Assembly (NCBI GenBank): GCA_030390025.1
Contig: CM059425.1
Span: 166,782,001 to 166,846,000 of the forward strand
Origin: Squalus acanthias
Lineage: Eukaryota
Direction: 5' to 3'
DNA length: 64,000 nucleotides
Under the pieces are notes generated by a model that saw only the letters and a list, made by a program, of their open reading frames with translations, did no database searches and was not told the DNA's origin. Each line of letters begins with the position of its first letter. Within the stretch, counting starts at the first letter, position 1. Positions 14,426 through 26,090 of the stretch are shown one piece after another. The position numbers were made by a program, and so were the translations under genes.

Positions 14426-14642
14426 ATAATGCGGAGATGCCGGTGTTGGACTGGGGTGGACAAAAGTGAGAAGTCGCACAACACCAGGTTATAGTCCAAC
14501 AGCTTTATTTGAAATCACAAGCTTTCGGAGCGCTGCTCCTTCGTCAGGTGAAGTCACCTGACGAAGGAGCAGCGCTCCGAAAGCTTGTGATTTCAAATAA
14601 AGCTGTTGGACTATAACCTGGTGTTGTGCGACTTCTCACTTT
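14426..14642. mobile_element. Penelope-like element remnant forming a perfect 89-bp inverted repeat
   Basis: Arms 14463-14551 and 14554-14642 are exact reverse complements with a 2-nt spacer. Confidence 0.75.
14554..14590 (+). ncRNA. Minimal type I hammerhead ribozyme motif (mirror copy on - at 14515-14551)
   Basis: TCAC-CTGACGA-A-GGAGC-AGC-GCTCC-GAAAG-CTT-GTGA: core boxes, 5-bp stem II, stem I TCAC/GTGA and a very short palindromic stem III. Confidence 0.7.
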
Positions 14643-14705
14643 AAAATGTGTGTGTTCCTTTCTTTTCCTTGCTGGGGGAGGGGGAGGGAAAAGGCGACAC
14701 TATCA

Positions 14706-15854
14706 TCACCTCGTGAAGGTGTTGGCTACTAGCAGTTCCCGAGCAGCATTACTTTCGGCAGCACTTGGCTCCTCTGTGTCAGGCCTGGCCACAGGCACAT
14801 TGGCATCGTCCATGTCCTCCATTTCAGCAGGGAGCTCCTCTGCAGGGTTAAGGGTCAGTCCTTCCCGCAGGGCAAAGTTATGCAAAGCACAACAGGCCAC
14901 CACAATCCTTGACACTTTCAGAGGAGAATACTGCAAGGTCCCCCCTGACCTGTCCAGGCAGTGCAAGCGTGATTTCAGAAGCCTGATTGTCCTCTCCACC
15001 ACTTGCCGTGTGGACACGTGTGCCTGGTTGTATCTCTCCTGAGCCTCATCATTGGTCTTGCGGTAGCGAGTCATCAGCCATGGTCTTAGCAGGTAGCCCT
15101 TGTCACCCAATATCCATGCGGATCCTGGAGGGAATGTGCTGAGAGTGCCATATAAGTCCGAGTGACGGAGGACGAAGGAGTCATGAGCGTTTCCCCGGTG
15201 ATCTGCATTCACGTTTAGGATCCTGAGGTGCGCATCACAGACTATCATGACATTCAATGAATGAAACCCCTTCCTGTTGATGTATGTCACAGGTGCATCC
15301 AGTGGTGCCTTCAATGCAACATAGGTTCCATCGACGGCCCCAATCACTTTGGGGAATCCAGCAATGCTATAAAATGCAAGGGCCCTCTCCTTTTGATGCT
15401 GAGTGGACAAGTGGAAGTCAATGAACTCTGAAGACCTATGGAAAATGGCATCTGTGACCTGGTGAATGCAGGCCAACGCAGCACTCTGGGAGATGTTCGA
15501 AATGTCACCAGTGCCTGCCTGAAATGACCCACTTGCAAAGAAGTTCAATGCTGTGGTTACCTTCATGTTCACTGACAAGGCAGTGCGGGTCTTCGAGCGT
15601 GTTTGAAGGTCCTCCTTTAACATGTCACATAGTCGGCCGATTGCCTCTTTACTGAAGCGCAGCTTCCTCACACACAACTCCTCCGACAGCATCTCAAATG
15701 ACAGCCTCCCCCTGTACATTCTCTGGGGTGGGTAGTAGTTCCTCCTGATCAGGAGACGGTGATGGTTCCTCAGTCTTCTTTGTTGTTCCCTGGCATTTCC
15801 AATTCTCTGATGCACAATCGCACCGAGGATCAGGGCAACATCGTCAAAGGGCAT
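14706..15854 (-). CDS. Harbinger (HARBI1-like) DDE transposase, uninterrupted 382-aa ORF
   Basis: GAVDGTYV, NRKGFHSLN, AHDS, ILGDKGY, VVERTI, CCALHN. Confidence 0.9.
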   Translation of the reverse strand: MPFDDVALILGAIVHQRIGNAREQQRRLRNHHRLLIRRNYYPPQRMYRGRLSFEMLSEELCVRKLRFSKEAIGRLCDMLKEDLQTRSKTRTALSVNMKVTTALNFFASGSFQAGTGDISNISQSAALACIHQVTDAIFHRSSEFIDFHLSTQHQKERALAFYSIAGFPKVIGAVDGTYVALKAPLDAPVTYINRKGFHSLNVMIVCDAHLRILNVNADHRGNAHDSFVLRHSDLYGTLSTFPPGSAWILGDKGYLLRPWLMTRYRKTNDEAQERYNQAHVSTRQVVERTIRLLKSRLHCLDRSGGTLQYSPLKVSRIVVACCALHNFALREGLTLNPAEELPAEMEDMDDANVPVARPDTEEPSAAESNAARELLVANTFTR

Positions 15855-16691
15855 GTTTCTCTCTCACAGGCTTCCTCTTTAAACAGATGAAGTAAGGAAA
15901 AAATGGAAAGAGTTGTAAAAGTAATTTTAATAAAGTGAGTGGCTAGAAATTCACGTCGGGCTATGGTGGGAAACGTGCGGTATCGGATTGGGAACACGTC
16001 ATACCCGCCTGATGAATATCACGGCCCGAGATGATTTTCTAAGAACTTCAACATTTTCACAAAGTCATACATACAATTTGTAAAGGGCATAGAAAAGTTA
16101 ACATATAACTAATTCATATATTCTGGCATAATTTTTAAAAACATTAGTAAATGTTAAATAAATCATTTTTAAACAGTCATTTTCACATTTAAGAAAATGA
16201 AATCTAATTCAATAGAATGCTTACCTTGCACACAGCGAGAGTTGCTCTTTAAATTAACTACACTCCCCAAAACAAGATCCAAAACCAATAAAGTTTTTAA
16301 TAAATTAAAGTTGTTAAAAACTTACCTCAGGCTTTCTACAAAGAACTTTGCTCACTTTCACAGTTAAAAATGTTCTGTTTCCAAGCCCACTGCTGAAAAA
16401 GTTCTTCTTCCTGCAGCTTCTTCTGGTAGAATGCAGGCTGTACGCCTGCTTTTACTAGTCGCAGCTGTTTCGGACGTACCTGAACTCAAACAATTGAGAA
16501 ATCATCGGAACTATGAGCCGGTAGGGCTACCTTTCCTGCGCATGTGGCTGATCTGTCAAGAGGATTCTTGACAGATCGGAAATACCGGTTTTCAGCGCAT
16601 GCGCTTCACATGCCTGAAACCGGCATTTCCGATCTCCCTACGGGTGTGTACACAGCCTGTACGCACCCGTAGGCATCGGAATATATGGCCC

Positions 16692-18009
16692 AATATGAGA
16701 GTAGAATGGCGGTTAACATAAAAGGGAACCCAAAAATCTTCTACCGGCATGTAAACAGTAAGTGGGTAGTAAGAGGCGGGGTGGAGCCTATTAGCGACAA
16801 AGAAGGTGATAAATGCTTAGAGGCACAGGGCAAGACTAGAATACTCAATGAGTACTTTGTATCGGTGTTTACTAAGGAGGTGGATGCTGACAAAATATCG
16901 GTAGAAGTGGAAAAGTTAGAAGCAACGGAAGGGGTGAAAATTGATAGACAGGATGTACTAGAAAGGCTGGGTATGCATAGAGTGGATAAGTCGCCTGGTC
17001 CAGATGGCTTGCATCCCAGGTTGCTAAGGGAATTGGGCGAGAAGATAGCGGAAGGGCTTGCCATAATTTTCCAATCTTCCCTAGATGCAGGGGAGGTGCC
17101 TGAGGATTGGAAAGTGGCAAATGTGACACCATTGTTCAAGAAAGGGTGTAAGGACAATCCTAATAACTACAGGCCGGTCAGTTTAACATCAGTAGTGGGT
17201 AAAGTTTCAGAAACAATAATCAAGGAAAAAATTAACGGGAACTTGGAGAAGTTTAAGCTAATTAAGGAGAGCCAACATGGATTTGTAAAAGGCAGATCGT
17301 ATTTGAATAATCTAATTGAATTTTTTGATGAAGTAACAGGGAGGATTGATGAAGGGAATGCAATGGATGTTGTCTACATGGATTTTTGGAAGGCGTTTGA
17401 CAAAGTACCACATAGAAGGCTGGTTAACAAAATTGAGGCTCATAGAATAGGTGGGTCAGTGGCAGCTTGGATAAGGAATTGGCTTAAGGACAGAAAACAG
17501 CGAGTTGTGGTAAATGGCTGTTTTTCAGACTGGAGAATGGTAGACAGTGGTGTTCCCCAAGGGTCAGTGCTGGGGCCACTGCTTTTTATGATATATATAA
17601 ATGACCTGGATATTGAAATACAGAGTAGAATTTCCAAATTTGCCAATGACAACAAACTTGGGGGTGTGGCAAACAGTGAGGATGATACCAATCGACTGCA
17701 ATAGGACATAGAAAGGCTAGCAGAATGGGCAGACAAGTGGCAGATGGAATTTAATACAGAGAAGTGTGAGGTGATGCATTTTGGCAGAAGGAACAGGGAG
17801 AGGCAATATACACTTAATGGCACAGTTTTAAAGAGTGTGCAGGGACAGAGGGACCTGGGAGTTAATGTGCATAAGTCCCTGAAGGTGGTAGGACATATTG
17901 AGAAAGTGGTTAGCAAAGCATATGGGATCTTGGGCTGGTTAGGCCACAACTGGAGTATTGCGTCCAGTTCTGGTCACCACACTTTAGGAAGGATGTGAAG
18001 GCACTTGAG
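16692..18009 (+). pseudogene. CR1 ORF2 reverse transcriptase portion
   Basis: KSPGPDGLHPR, NYRPVSLTS, SQHGF, GVPQGSVLGP, KFANDNKL (mutated FADD). Stop at 17704. Confidence 0.9.
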
Positions 18010-18478
18010 AAGTTAAGAAACAAAAGATGGCTCTAGATGGAAGGCAGGAGAGATTAAGAGACATTAAGAGATGGTGCAAGGCAAAAGGAGATGGTAATGG
18101 GACAAGTTAAGAAACAAAAGATGGCTCTCGATGAACTGTAATTTACACTTCATCTAGAGTCATCTTTTGTTTCTTAACTTGTCCCATTACCATCTCCTTT
18201 CGCCTTGCACCATCTCTTAATGTCTCTTAATCTCTCCTGCCTTCCATCCTATCACAGACCTTCCCTTTTGTTCTTTCCTCCCCTCCCCCCTTTCCCTGCC
18301 CCTGCACTTGCTTAAAAACCTGTTACATCTCCAGCTTTTTCCAGTTCTGACGAAGGGTCATCGACCTGAAACGTTAACTCTGTTTCTCTCTCCACAGATG
18401 CTGCCTGAAATGCTGAGTATTTCCAGCATTTTCTGTTTTTATTTCAGATTTCCAGCATCCGCAGTATTTTGCTGTTGT
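18010..18478 (+). mobile_element. Penelope-like element 3' remnant with 5' inverted duplication
   Basis: 100-bp arms 18036-18135 and 18149-18248 (3 mismatches seen), followed by a hammerhead-bearing terminal repeat. Confidence 0.7.
18343..18379 (+). ncRNA. Minimal hammerhead ribozyme motif
   Basis: AGTT-CTGACGA-A-GGGTC-ATC-GACCT-GAAAC-GTT-AACT. Confidence 0.65.
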
Positions 18479-19429
18479 ATTAATGCATACAGAAATGCTT
18501 GATGTAATGGCAGGCCTGCCAGAGAGCCTGTTGTCACTGTTATGGAGCATGGAAAAATCCGGCTCCAACATTGCAAGGGGTTTTGCGCAGAGCTTGGAGC
18601 CCATGATTTCCAGGAAGGAAATGATGCGCAACTCCATTAGAGACCTTGTGGACCCAACCATGATGCTGGGTGTGATGAGCAATGTCGCAGCTTCCATTGC
18701 AGCACAGGCGGATGCAACCCAACGTCACAGTGCTGCAGTGGAAGCTCAGATTACTCTCCTGCAGTCTCAGCTTGTTGCCATGCATGCTCAGACTGCTCTC
18801 ATGCCGTCTTAGCTTGCTGCTACACAAGATCAGACTGTTGCCATCGTGGATAGGTTTCCGAGTGTGTAAAGGGGCTTGCAGGGTGTCACAGCACTCCAGC
18901 TATCTGTGCTACAACCGATGTCTAGGAATGCTGAGGCACAGCCGGGGAAGTGGCAGTGGCTCTGTGGAGTAAGAACCTGCTTTCCCCTATCAGGATGACA
19001 GCATTCCTACGACCACCACTGTCACTCCGCCAATGCCCTTGCTGCTTCCTGTTAGCCAGCCAGCCCAGACTGCTGTCGCCCATGCCGAGGTGGTGCAGTC
19101 TACAGCCGGGCTCGAGGTTGTCCTGCAAGGCCAGCTGCAGTCTCCCAGATGGAAAGTCAACAGTCTTCCACCAGCCATGCTGCAGGCACTGGGGTAGCAC
19201 TGTGTAGGAGCACTAGAGTAGGCAAAGGAACATGAAAGACAGACACTAAGGGAATGCACAAGGTTGATTACTTGACGTTGTTGTGTAGTTTTTTAATTTA
19301 TAAATTATGTTTATATGTTTGTTTTGTGGTGCCTCTCATTTCAGCTTTGTGCCCAAAAGGACGCTGTGATGTTCCGTGACAGGGATGGTAGGTGGGGAAG
19401 TGGTGAGCAACAGGGATCTGGAGTTTCAT

Positions 19430-20518
19430 TCAGGGGAACCAGATTCTGATGAGGTGCTCACGGACAGCCCATCCGGAACGGGGATTTGTTGCCTGCCTCC
19501 TTCCTATCTCCGCCTCCTCTTCCTCCTCCTCCTCCTCCTCCTCTTCATACTCCCCCTGCTGCGGAAGTCCGGGAACTCATGGCGGCAAGAACTGCGACCT
19601 CATGATGGCCAAGTTGTGGAGGATGCAGCAGACCACCACAAAATGGGACACCCACTCTGGCGTATACTGGAGAGCTCCTCCCGAGCGGTCAAGGCAGTGG
19701 AACCGTTGCTTCAGAACCCCGATGGACTGCTTGATGAGGCTCCGCATGGCAGAATGCCTCTCATTATATGAGTGCTGGCCACAAGTGGTGGGGTTGCAGA
19801 GGGGAGTCATCAGCCAGGCATCAAGCGGATAGCCCTTGTCTCCGAGCAGCCACCCTCTAGTTCGACGTAATGGCTGGAAGATTGCTGGCACACCGGACTG
19901 ACGCAGGATGAAGGCATCATAATTGCTGCCAGGATACCGGGCACTCACCAACATGATGCGCTGGGCGTGGTCGCACAACAACTGCACATTAAGTGAGTGG
20001 TAGCCTTTGCGGTTGTGGTACATCTCAGGATTGATATGCGGCGCCCCCAAAGCCACGTGTGTGCAGTCGATGGCATCATGGGAAGCCTGATATCCTGGCA
20101 AAGCCACATGCGCGCTCCTCCTGCTTCTCTCTTGACGGCGAACTGGGACATGTTGGCTATGTCTCTTGCTCCAGACAGGGAGGATCTGCTGGTGAAAAAA
20201 TTGGGGGCCACGGTGACCTTGAAGGCCACTGGCAGCGCCGTCGTTGCCCTGCTCTGACCGCAGGTCTGGTTCCAAAAGGTGGCAGAGTTCTGTGGCCATC
20301 TCCTTGGTGAAGCGGAGCCTCCTAATACACTGCTCCTGGCTTAAGTGCAGGTAGGAGAATTGCACCCTGAAGATCCTAGATGGGTAAGGCCTCATACTGA
20401 GAGCACTCCTGCCCCTCATCCTCCTCACTCTGTGAGCATCTTGTCCTCTTCTTCGCTGCCTCTGTTCTATCTCCCTGTCATATTTGAGCTCATGGGGGAC
20501 TGCAAGTAGAGCACCCAT
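19430..20518 (-). pseudogene. Harbinger transposase, frameshifted with an internal deletion
   Basis: AIDCTHV, NRKGYHSLN, LLGDKGYP, GVLKQRFHCLDRSGG, CCILHN. Confidence 0.88.
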
Positions 20519-21375
20519 GACTGGGGACAAGTGGTGTGAGCAGAACTCCTTAAATCAGAAGCAAGGCATTCTCCATTTGGAGCAACGCTCCCTGTGACCT
20601 CACCAACTTTAATAACTTTAGAAAGCTCCAAACAGTTGCACAAACTTACACAGAGCCAGTAGAAATCAAAAATCAAGTCAGCTGCAAGTTGTTGATGATC
20701 CCTTTAAATAGCACTGGTGGTGGGGTCCTTCCCACTGCTGAACACATGTTCAGCTGTTCATGATTTGGAGAGGGAGTTGAATGGACCGGCGATGTTCAAA
20801 ATGGCTGATCGTGCATCAAATCAATGTTTCACACTCATTGACGTCACAATCTGCCTCAGTAGCATTTCTCCAACGAGCCAGGCAACGGCCGCGTTGCCGA
20901 CCTGCTCAAAAGCGGGTGAAAGCGAGGCGGCCGCTAGTTTTCCTCCTAAACCTTATCAGCCGGCGCTATAGTGCCACATTTCCCGGCCATTAAATTTTAT
21001 CCAAACTACACACATAACACAATTTAGAAAAGGTTTTAAAGACTGTGAAAGTCGTGGGAGTTGCAAACTAATTTGCCATTGTTTGAGACACCTGATTATG
21101 TCATTATGGTTTATGTTTTAATAAATCACTCACATTTTACTTTGTTTAGGTATTTAATAAATTATTACTGTCAACGGATAACATATTAAAGACTATAAAT
21201 TGCATACAGACATGAATCAAAAGCAAGTCATTAATCAGACTGTGGCTGTTTAATTTTCCCAACAATAATGCTTCAAATATTGAAAAAAAATTGAAAAGAT
21301 ATACTTAATATAGAATAATCATTTTGAAATCAAAATCAAATATATCCTTCTCATTCTCATTATTCCATTATTAAT

Positions 21376-21400
21376 GCTGTGGCTCAGTTGTAGCACTCTC
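21376..21400 (+). mobile_element. Isolated 5' head (A box) of a SacSINE1-like SINE
   Basis: GCTGTGGCTCAGTTGTAGCACTCTC resembles the head of the SINE at 4466-4928. Confidence 0.45.
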
Positions 21401-24400
21401 TAGGTTGGAGGGGCTAGGAGTGAGCAGGTGCTGCTGGGTGCTTGATTACTGCAGGGAGTTGGAGTGAGTTTGCAAAAAGTTGGTGGTGGATTTTATTTTT
21501 CAGGTTTTAGGGCATTTTTGGTCCTTAAACAGCAGCCAGATGGCTGCTGAGCTGGGCCCCTCTGATGACAATGTTCCCAGGATGAATTTAATCAGGGGAG
21601 AAAATGTTGGGGGAAGGGAGAAATAAAGGCCCAAAGATTTGAGCCGGGACTCCAGGAGGTTTGGAAAAGAAAACACGGTAGTGGTTCAGTGCGAGGATAA
21701 GGAGATATGAGCTTGGGATATTATCCAGACGGTACTTGAGGACTGCGGTGAGGGAAGCTGCTTTGCCTGCCAACCAAAGCCGAATGTTGGGTTCGAGGTG
21801 ACGGTCAGTGGCCGAGAGGAGGTGGAAAGACTTTTACTGAATTTGAAGGTTGGAGATAAGTTCTTGGAGGTATCTTTGTTATATTCTGAAGAGGTGGTGA
21901 TCTCATTCTTAAACCTGCCGGTTTATATTGAGGACGATGTGCTAATAGAAAAGTTGTAGTCATGGGACATTAAAATTTGCTCGCCAATAAAGAGAAGATA
22001 CTATCCAGGAAAGCAGGTAGCAGATGGAATCCGTTATGTAAAGGTGCAGTTCCCAGAGTGAGTGAAGTCATTGCCGTATAGCATGAAATTCGAGACAATG
22101 GAAGGAGTGCAGTACTTCTGGGTACTGCATGATAACCAGGTAAAAATTTGTTATTATTGTCTTGGACATGACCATCTTGTAATAAGCTGTCCAGACTTGT
22201 ACTGTTATAATTGTGGCAAGTCTGGACACATCGCTCGGAGCTGCAAAGCGGAGAGCTGGGGTTATTTTTTTATTCGTTTATGGAATGTGGGCGTCGCTGG
22301 CAAGGCCAGCATTTATTGCCCATCCCTAATTGCCCTTGAGAAGGTGGTGGTGAGCCGCCTTCTTGAACCGCTGCAGTCCGTGTGGTGAAGGTACTCCCAC
22401 AGTACTGTTAGGTAGGGAGTTCAAGGATTTTGACCCAGCGACGATGAAAGATCGGCAATATACTTCTAAGTCAGGATGGTGTGTGACTTGGAGGGGAACT
22501 TGGAGGTGGTGGTGTTCCCATGCGCCTGCTGCCCTTGTCCTTCTAGGTGGAAGAGATTGCAGGTTTGGGAGGTGCTGCTGAAGAAGCCTTGGCGAGTTGC
22601 TGCAGTGCATCTTATAGATGGTACACACTGCAGCCACGGTACGCCGGGGGGTTGGTCTTGCCAGAGTAGGCTGGCTTGTGGAGCTGTCCAAGGAGGATTT
22701 ATGAATGCACGCAGTTCAGGGGAAGGTGGGGATAGATTCCAGGTGCTAAGAGCAGTTTTTGTCCATGTCTGAAGATTGGATTATACAAGGATGCAATCAT
22801 TCCTGGAATGGAGAAATCTATGGGGGCTCAAAGAAATTCTCAGCAGCCTTGTACTCCCACTATTCCATCTTAACGTTCTCATCTTACTGACTAATAGAGG
22901 TGCAGTTTGCACTGTGTTCTCAACCATCATTTTCTCATCAAAATGTAAGTTTAATTCTTGAATCTAAAAATTAGCTTTACTGTGTACCTGACCCTTGAAC
23001 CCTTGGTCTGGGAGTGCTTAACACTGGCAATCGGGCCAAAAACCTGGGAAAATGGTCCTTTTCCTACCATTGGGGTAATGTACTGTACTTTAGAAGCACC
23101 AAAATGCCTTAAAATGTATTTTTTTTACAGGGACTTAAAGATCAGAAGCAATGAGAACAGGCAACAAAAACTGATGAGGACTTTTGATATTTTGCTTATT
23201 TGGTGAGTTGATACACAGAGAGATAAGTAGATGGATTAATGGAAAGATAGATAGATACAGACAGATAATCAATAGATATGGACTTAGATATGGGTGAGAG
23301 CTGTGGGTGAATAGATACATGTAAATGGATAGAGAGATACATTTAAAGATCGTGGTTAGATTGTGGAACTCACTACCACAGGGAGTGGTCGAGATGAACA
23401 GATGCACTTAAGGGGAAGCTAGATAAGCACATGGGGGAGAAGGGAAAAGAAGGATATGTTGATGGGGTGAGATGAAGAGGGGTGGGAGGAGGCTCGTGTG
23501 GAGCATAAACACCTGCTCTTGTTGCCACAGTATTTATGTGGCTGGTCCAGTTAAGTTTCTGGTCAATGGTGACCCCCCAGGATGTTGATGGTGCGGGATT
23601 CGGCATTTTGTCATTGCCTGGCACTTCTGTGACGCAAATGTTACCTGCCACTTATCAGCCCAAGCCTGAACGTCTTCCAGGTCTTGTTGCATGCGGGCAT
23701 GGACTGCTTCATTATCTGAGGAGTTGCGAATGGCGCTGAACACTGTGCAGTCATCAGTGAACATCCCCATTTCTGACTTTATGTTGGAGGGAAGGTCATT
23801 GATGAAGCAGCTGAAGATGGTTGGGCCTAGGACACTGCCCTGAGAAACTCCTGCAGCGATGTCCTGGGGCTGTGATGATTGACCTTCAATCACCACAACC
23901 ATCTTCCTTTGTGCCAGGTATGACTCCAGCCAGTGGAGAGTTCCCCCCACCCCCTGATTCCCATTGACTTCAGTTTTATTAGGGTTCCTTCATGCCACAC
24001 TCGGTCAAATGCTGCCTTGATGTCAAGGGCAGTCACTCTCACCTCACCTCTGGAATTCAGCTCCTTTGTCCATGTTTGGACCAAGGCTGTAATGAGGTCG
24101 CGAGCAGAGTGGTCTTGGCGGAACTCAAACTGGGCATCAGTGAGCAGGTTATAGGTGTCACAAAGGCCCCACCCGCTGTGAGTGTGAGGCAGAAGAAAGC
24201 CCCTTGAGTGGCGAGGAGAATGAGAAGGAGCAGGCGGTGTGAGTGGAGTGGCTTGAGGAGTGGAGCAGGCGGAGGACACAGCTGATGAATGGAAGGAGAA
24301 AAGAGTGCAGGAAGAGGCAGAAAATTGCGGAGCAGAGAACAGGATGGAGATGGTGGAAAACACACCAAGTACAGTGGAAAAGGACAAAGACAGCACGGGT

Positions 24401-24480
24401 CGAGGGCAGAGTCGAGCCATAATATGGCTCGGCTCTATCTAAAGAATCTGGTGTCCGCGGGGGGAGAGGAGGCAGGAGCG
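21401..24480 (+). mobile_element. Tx1/L1-clade non-LTR element, 5' UTR and ORF1 only (about 21540-22265 plus 24153-24480), degraded
   Basis: ISFLNLPVYIEDD, IKRRYYPG..VADG.RYVKV.FP, KSLPYSMKFET, and two knuckles CYYCLGHDHLVISC and CYNCGKSGHIARSC. Confidence 0.8.
22266..24146 (-). mobile_element. CR1/L2-group LINE 3' fragment (A-tailed family) inserted in the Tx1 ORF1
   Basis: ALDIKAAFDRVWH, GVSQGSVLGP, MFTDD. GGTTAT occurs at both junctions. Homologous to 45866-47112. Confidence 0.8.
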
Positions 24481-24482
24481 GG

Positions 24483-24846
24483 GTCCCACTCCCGGGACTT
24501 GAACCCACAACTGTCGGAGGCGCCGTCTTTCGGATGAGACGTTAAACTGAGGCGTCTGCTCTCTCAGGTGGATGCAAAAGATCCTATAGCACTATTTTTC
24601 AAAGAAGAGCAGGGGAGTTATCCCCGGTGTACTGGCCAATATTTATCCCTCAATCAACATGACAAAAAAAACCAGATTATCTGGTCATTATCATATTGCT
24701 GTTTGTGGGAGCTTGCTGTGCACAACTTGGTTGCCGCCTTTCTCACATTACAACAGTGATTACACTCCAAAAGTAGTTCATTGGCTGTAAAGCGCTTTGA
24801 GACATCCGGTGGTCGTGAAAGGCGCTACATAAATCCAAGTCTTTCT
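24483..24846 (+). mobile_element. SacSINE1-like SINE body and tail
   Basis: Colinear with the reverse complement of 4466-4810. Confidence 0.8.
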
Positions 24847-25426
24847 TTAACAAATCTATTTATTTCATGTGGGTTTTCTTGTGCTTTACCAATCATAGAT
24901 TTAATTTTAAAAATTCAAGCACTTTACAGAGGCAGTGCTTCTAGTTGTTGGCTGGGAAATTGAACCCATCTGTGCCGGCCGTTAACACCGGTTTGGAAGA
25001 AAGAGTGGCGGCCGCCTTGCTTCCGCCCACGTGCAGTGAGTCTTGCGGCGGCCGCCAATTAGGGCAGGTCATTGCAGATATGGAAATGAGGCAGGTCATG
25101 ATGCCAATGAGTGTGCAACACTGATTTGATGCAAGAACTGCCATTTTCAACGTCGATGCTCCTTTTAACGCACTCTCCAATTCACGACCTGCTGAACATG
25201 CGTTCAGCAGCAGGAAGGATCCCCGACCAGCGCTATTTAACGGGATCATCAACAACTTGCAGCTGACTTGCTTTTTCATTATTTCTGGCTCTGTGAAAGT
25301 TTGTGCAGCTGTTTGGAGTTTTCTACAGTTATTTAAAGTTGATGAGTTGACAGGGAGCATTACTGCAAGTGGAGAGGGCCTTGTTTCTCATTTCAAGGGT
25401 TCTGCTCACACCACTTTCTCCCAGTC

Positions 25427-26090
25427 ATGGGAACTCTACTAACAGTCCCCCTCATACTCGAGTATGACAGGGAGATGGAGCGGAGGCAGTGAAGAGAGGA
25501 CAAGATGCTCACAGAGGGAGGAGGAGGAGGGGCCGAAAGGCTCTCAGCAGGAGGCCTTACCCACCTCGGGTTTTCCGAGAGCCATTCTCCAACCTACACT
25601 TAAGCCAGGAGCAGTGTATCAGGAAGCTCTGCTTCACCAAGGAGATGGTGACAGAACGCTGCCACCTCCTGCAACCAGACCTGCAGCCTCAGAGCAGGGC
25701 GACGACGGCGCTGCCACTGGCCCCAAAGGTCACCGTAGCCCTCAATTTTTTTACCGCTGGATCCTTCCAGTCTGGAGCAGGACACATAGCGAACATCTCC
25801 CAGTTCGCCGTCCATTGCTGCATCCGGGCGGTTTCAGAGTCTCTGTACTCCAGGAGAAGTGAATTCATTGTCTTCTCTCTAAACAGAGAGAAGCAGGATG
25901 AGCGCGCATATGGCTTTGCCAGGATATCAGGCTTCCTCGTGGTGCAGGGCGCCATCGGCTGCACACACGTGGCTTTTGGGCACCGCATACCAATCCTGAG
26001 ATGTTCCACAACCGCAAAGGCTACCACTCACTTAATGTGCAGTTGGTGTGTAACCACGCCCAGCACATCATAATGGTGAATGCCCAGAAT
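25427..26090 (+). pseudogene. Harbinger transposase N-terminal part
   Basis: KVTVALNFFTAGSFQ, NISQFAVH, VQGAIGCTHVA. Truncated. Confidence 0.85.

Larger units (their letters stand above)
12991..16691. mobile_element. Second Harbinger family, left end lost
   Basis: Right TIR ...GAATATATGGCCC at 16691. Transposase on -, and partner-gene-like fragments with poly-Q on + at 13350-14050. Confidence 0.7.
11240..18009 (+). mobile_element. CR1 LINE (5' UTR, ORF1, ORF2), split by a Harbinger at 12991-16691 and 3'-truncated
   Basis: ORF1 and start of the APE domain lie before 12990. RT resumes at 16692, with part of ORF2 missing at the junction. Confidence 0.85.
5875..19270 (+). pseudogene. Harbinger Myb/SANT-like partner gene, spliced. 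Exons about 5875-6114, 10880-11042, 11195-11231 plus 18481-19270
   Basis: QWEEIAQAVNALCVAPRTWIQCRKKFNDLTRVVK|GTGAGT; TTGCAG|AQVAHNRREQQQMGGG; TTCAG|AT. Contains frameshifts and stops and is interrupted by LINEs. Confidence 0.7.
5583..20988. mobile_element. Harbinger transposon (Myb gene on +, transposase on -, convergent) hosting nested insertions
   Basis: Ends GGGGGTGAAATT and revcomp GGCCGGGAAATG, with TSD ATT at 5580-5582 and 20989-20991. Pieces are colinear with the 24950-28779 copy. Confidence 0.8.

Noticed and set aside
14463..14642. CRISPR-like array or MITE
   Set aside because: No spacer-repeat periodicity. The hammerhead core and one-sided extension fit a Penelope-type end.
14706..15854. 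Host HARBI1 gene
   Set aside because: It sits inside a CR1 next to a TIR, and related transposase relics occur throughout the window.
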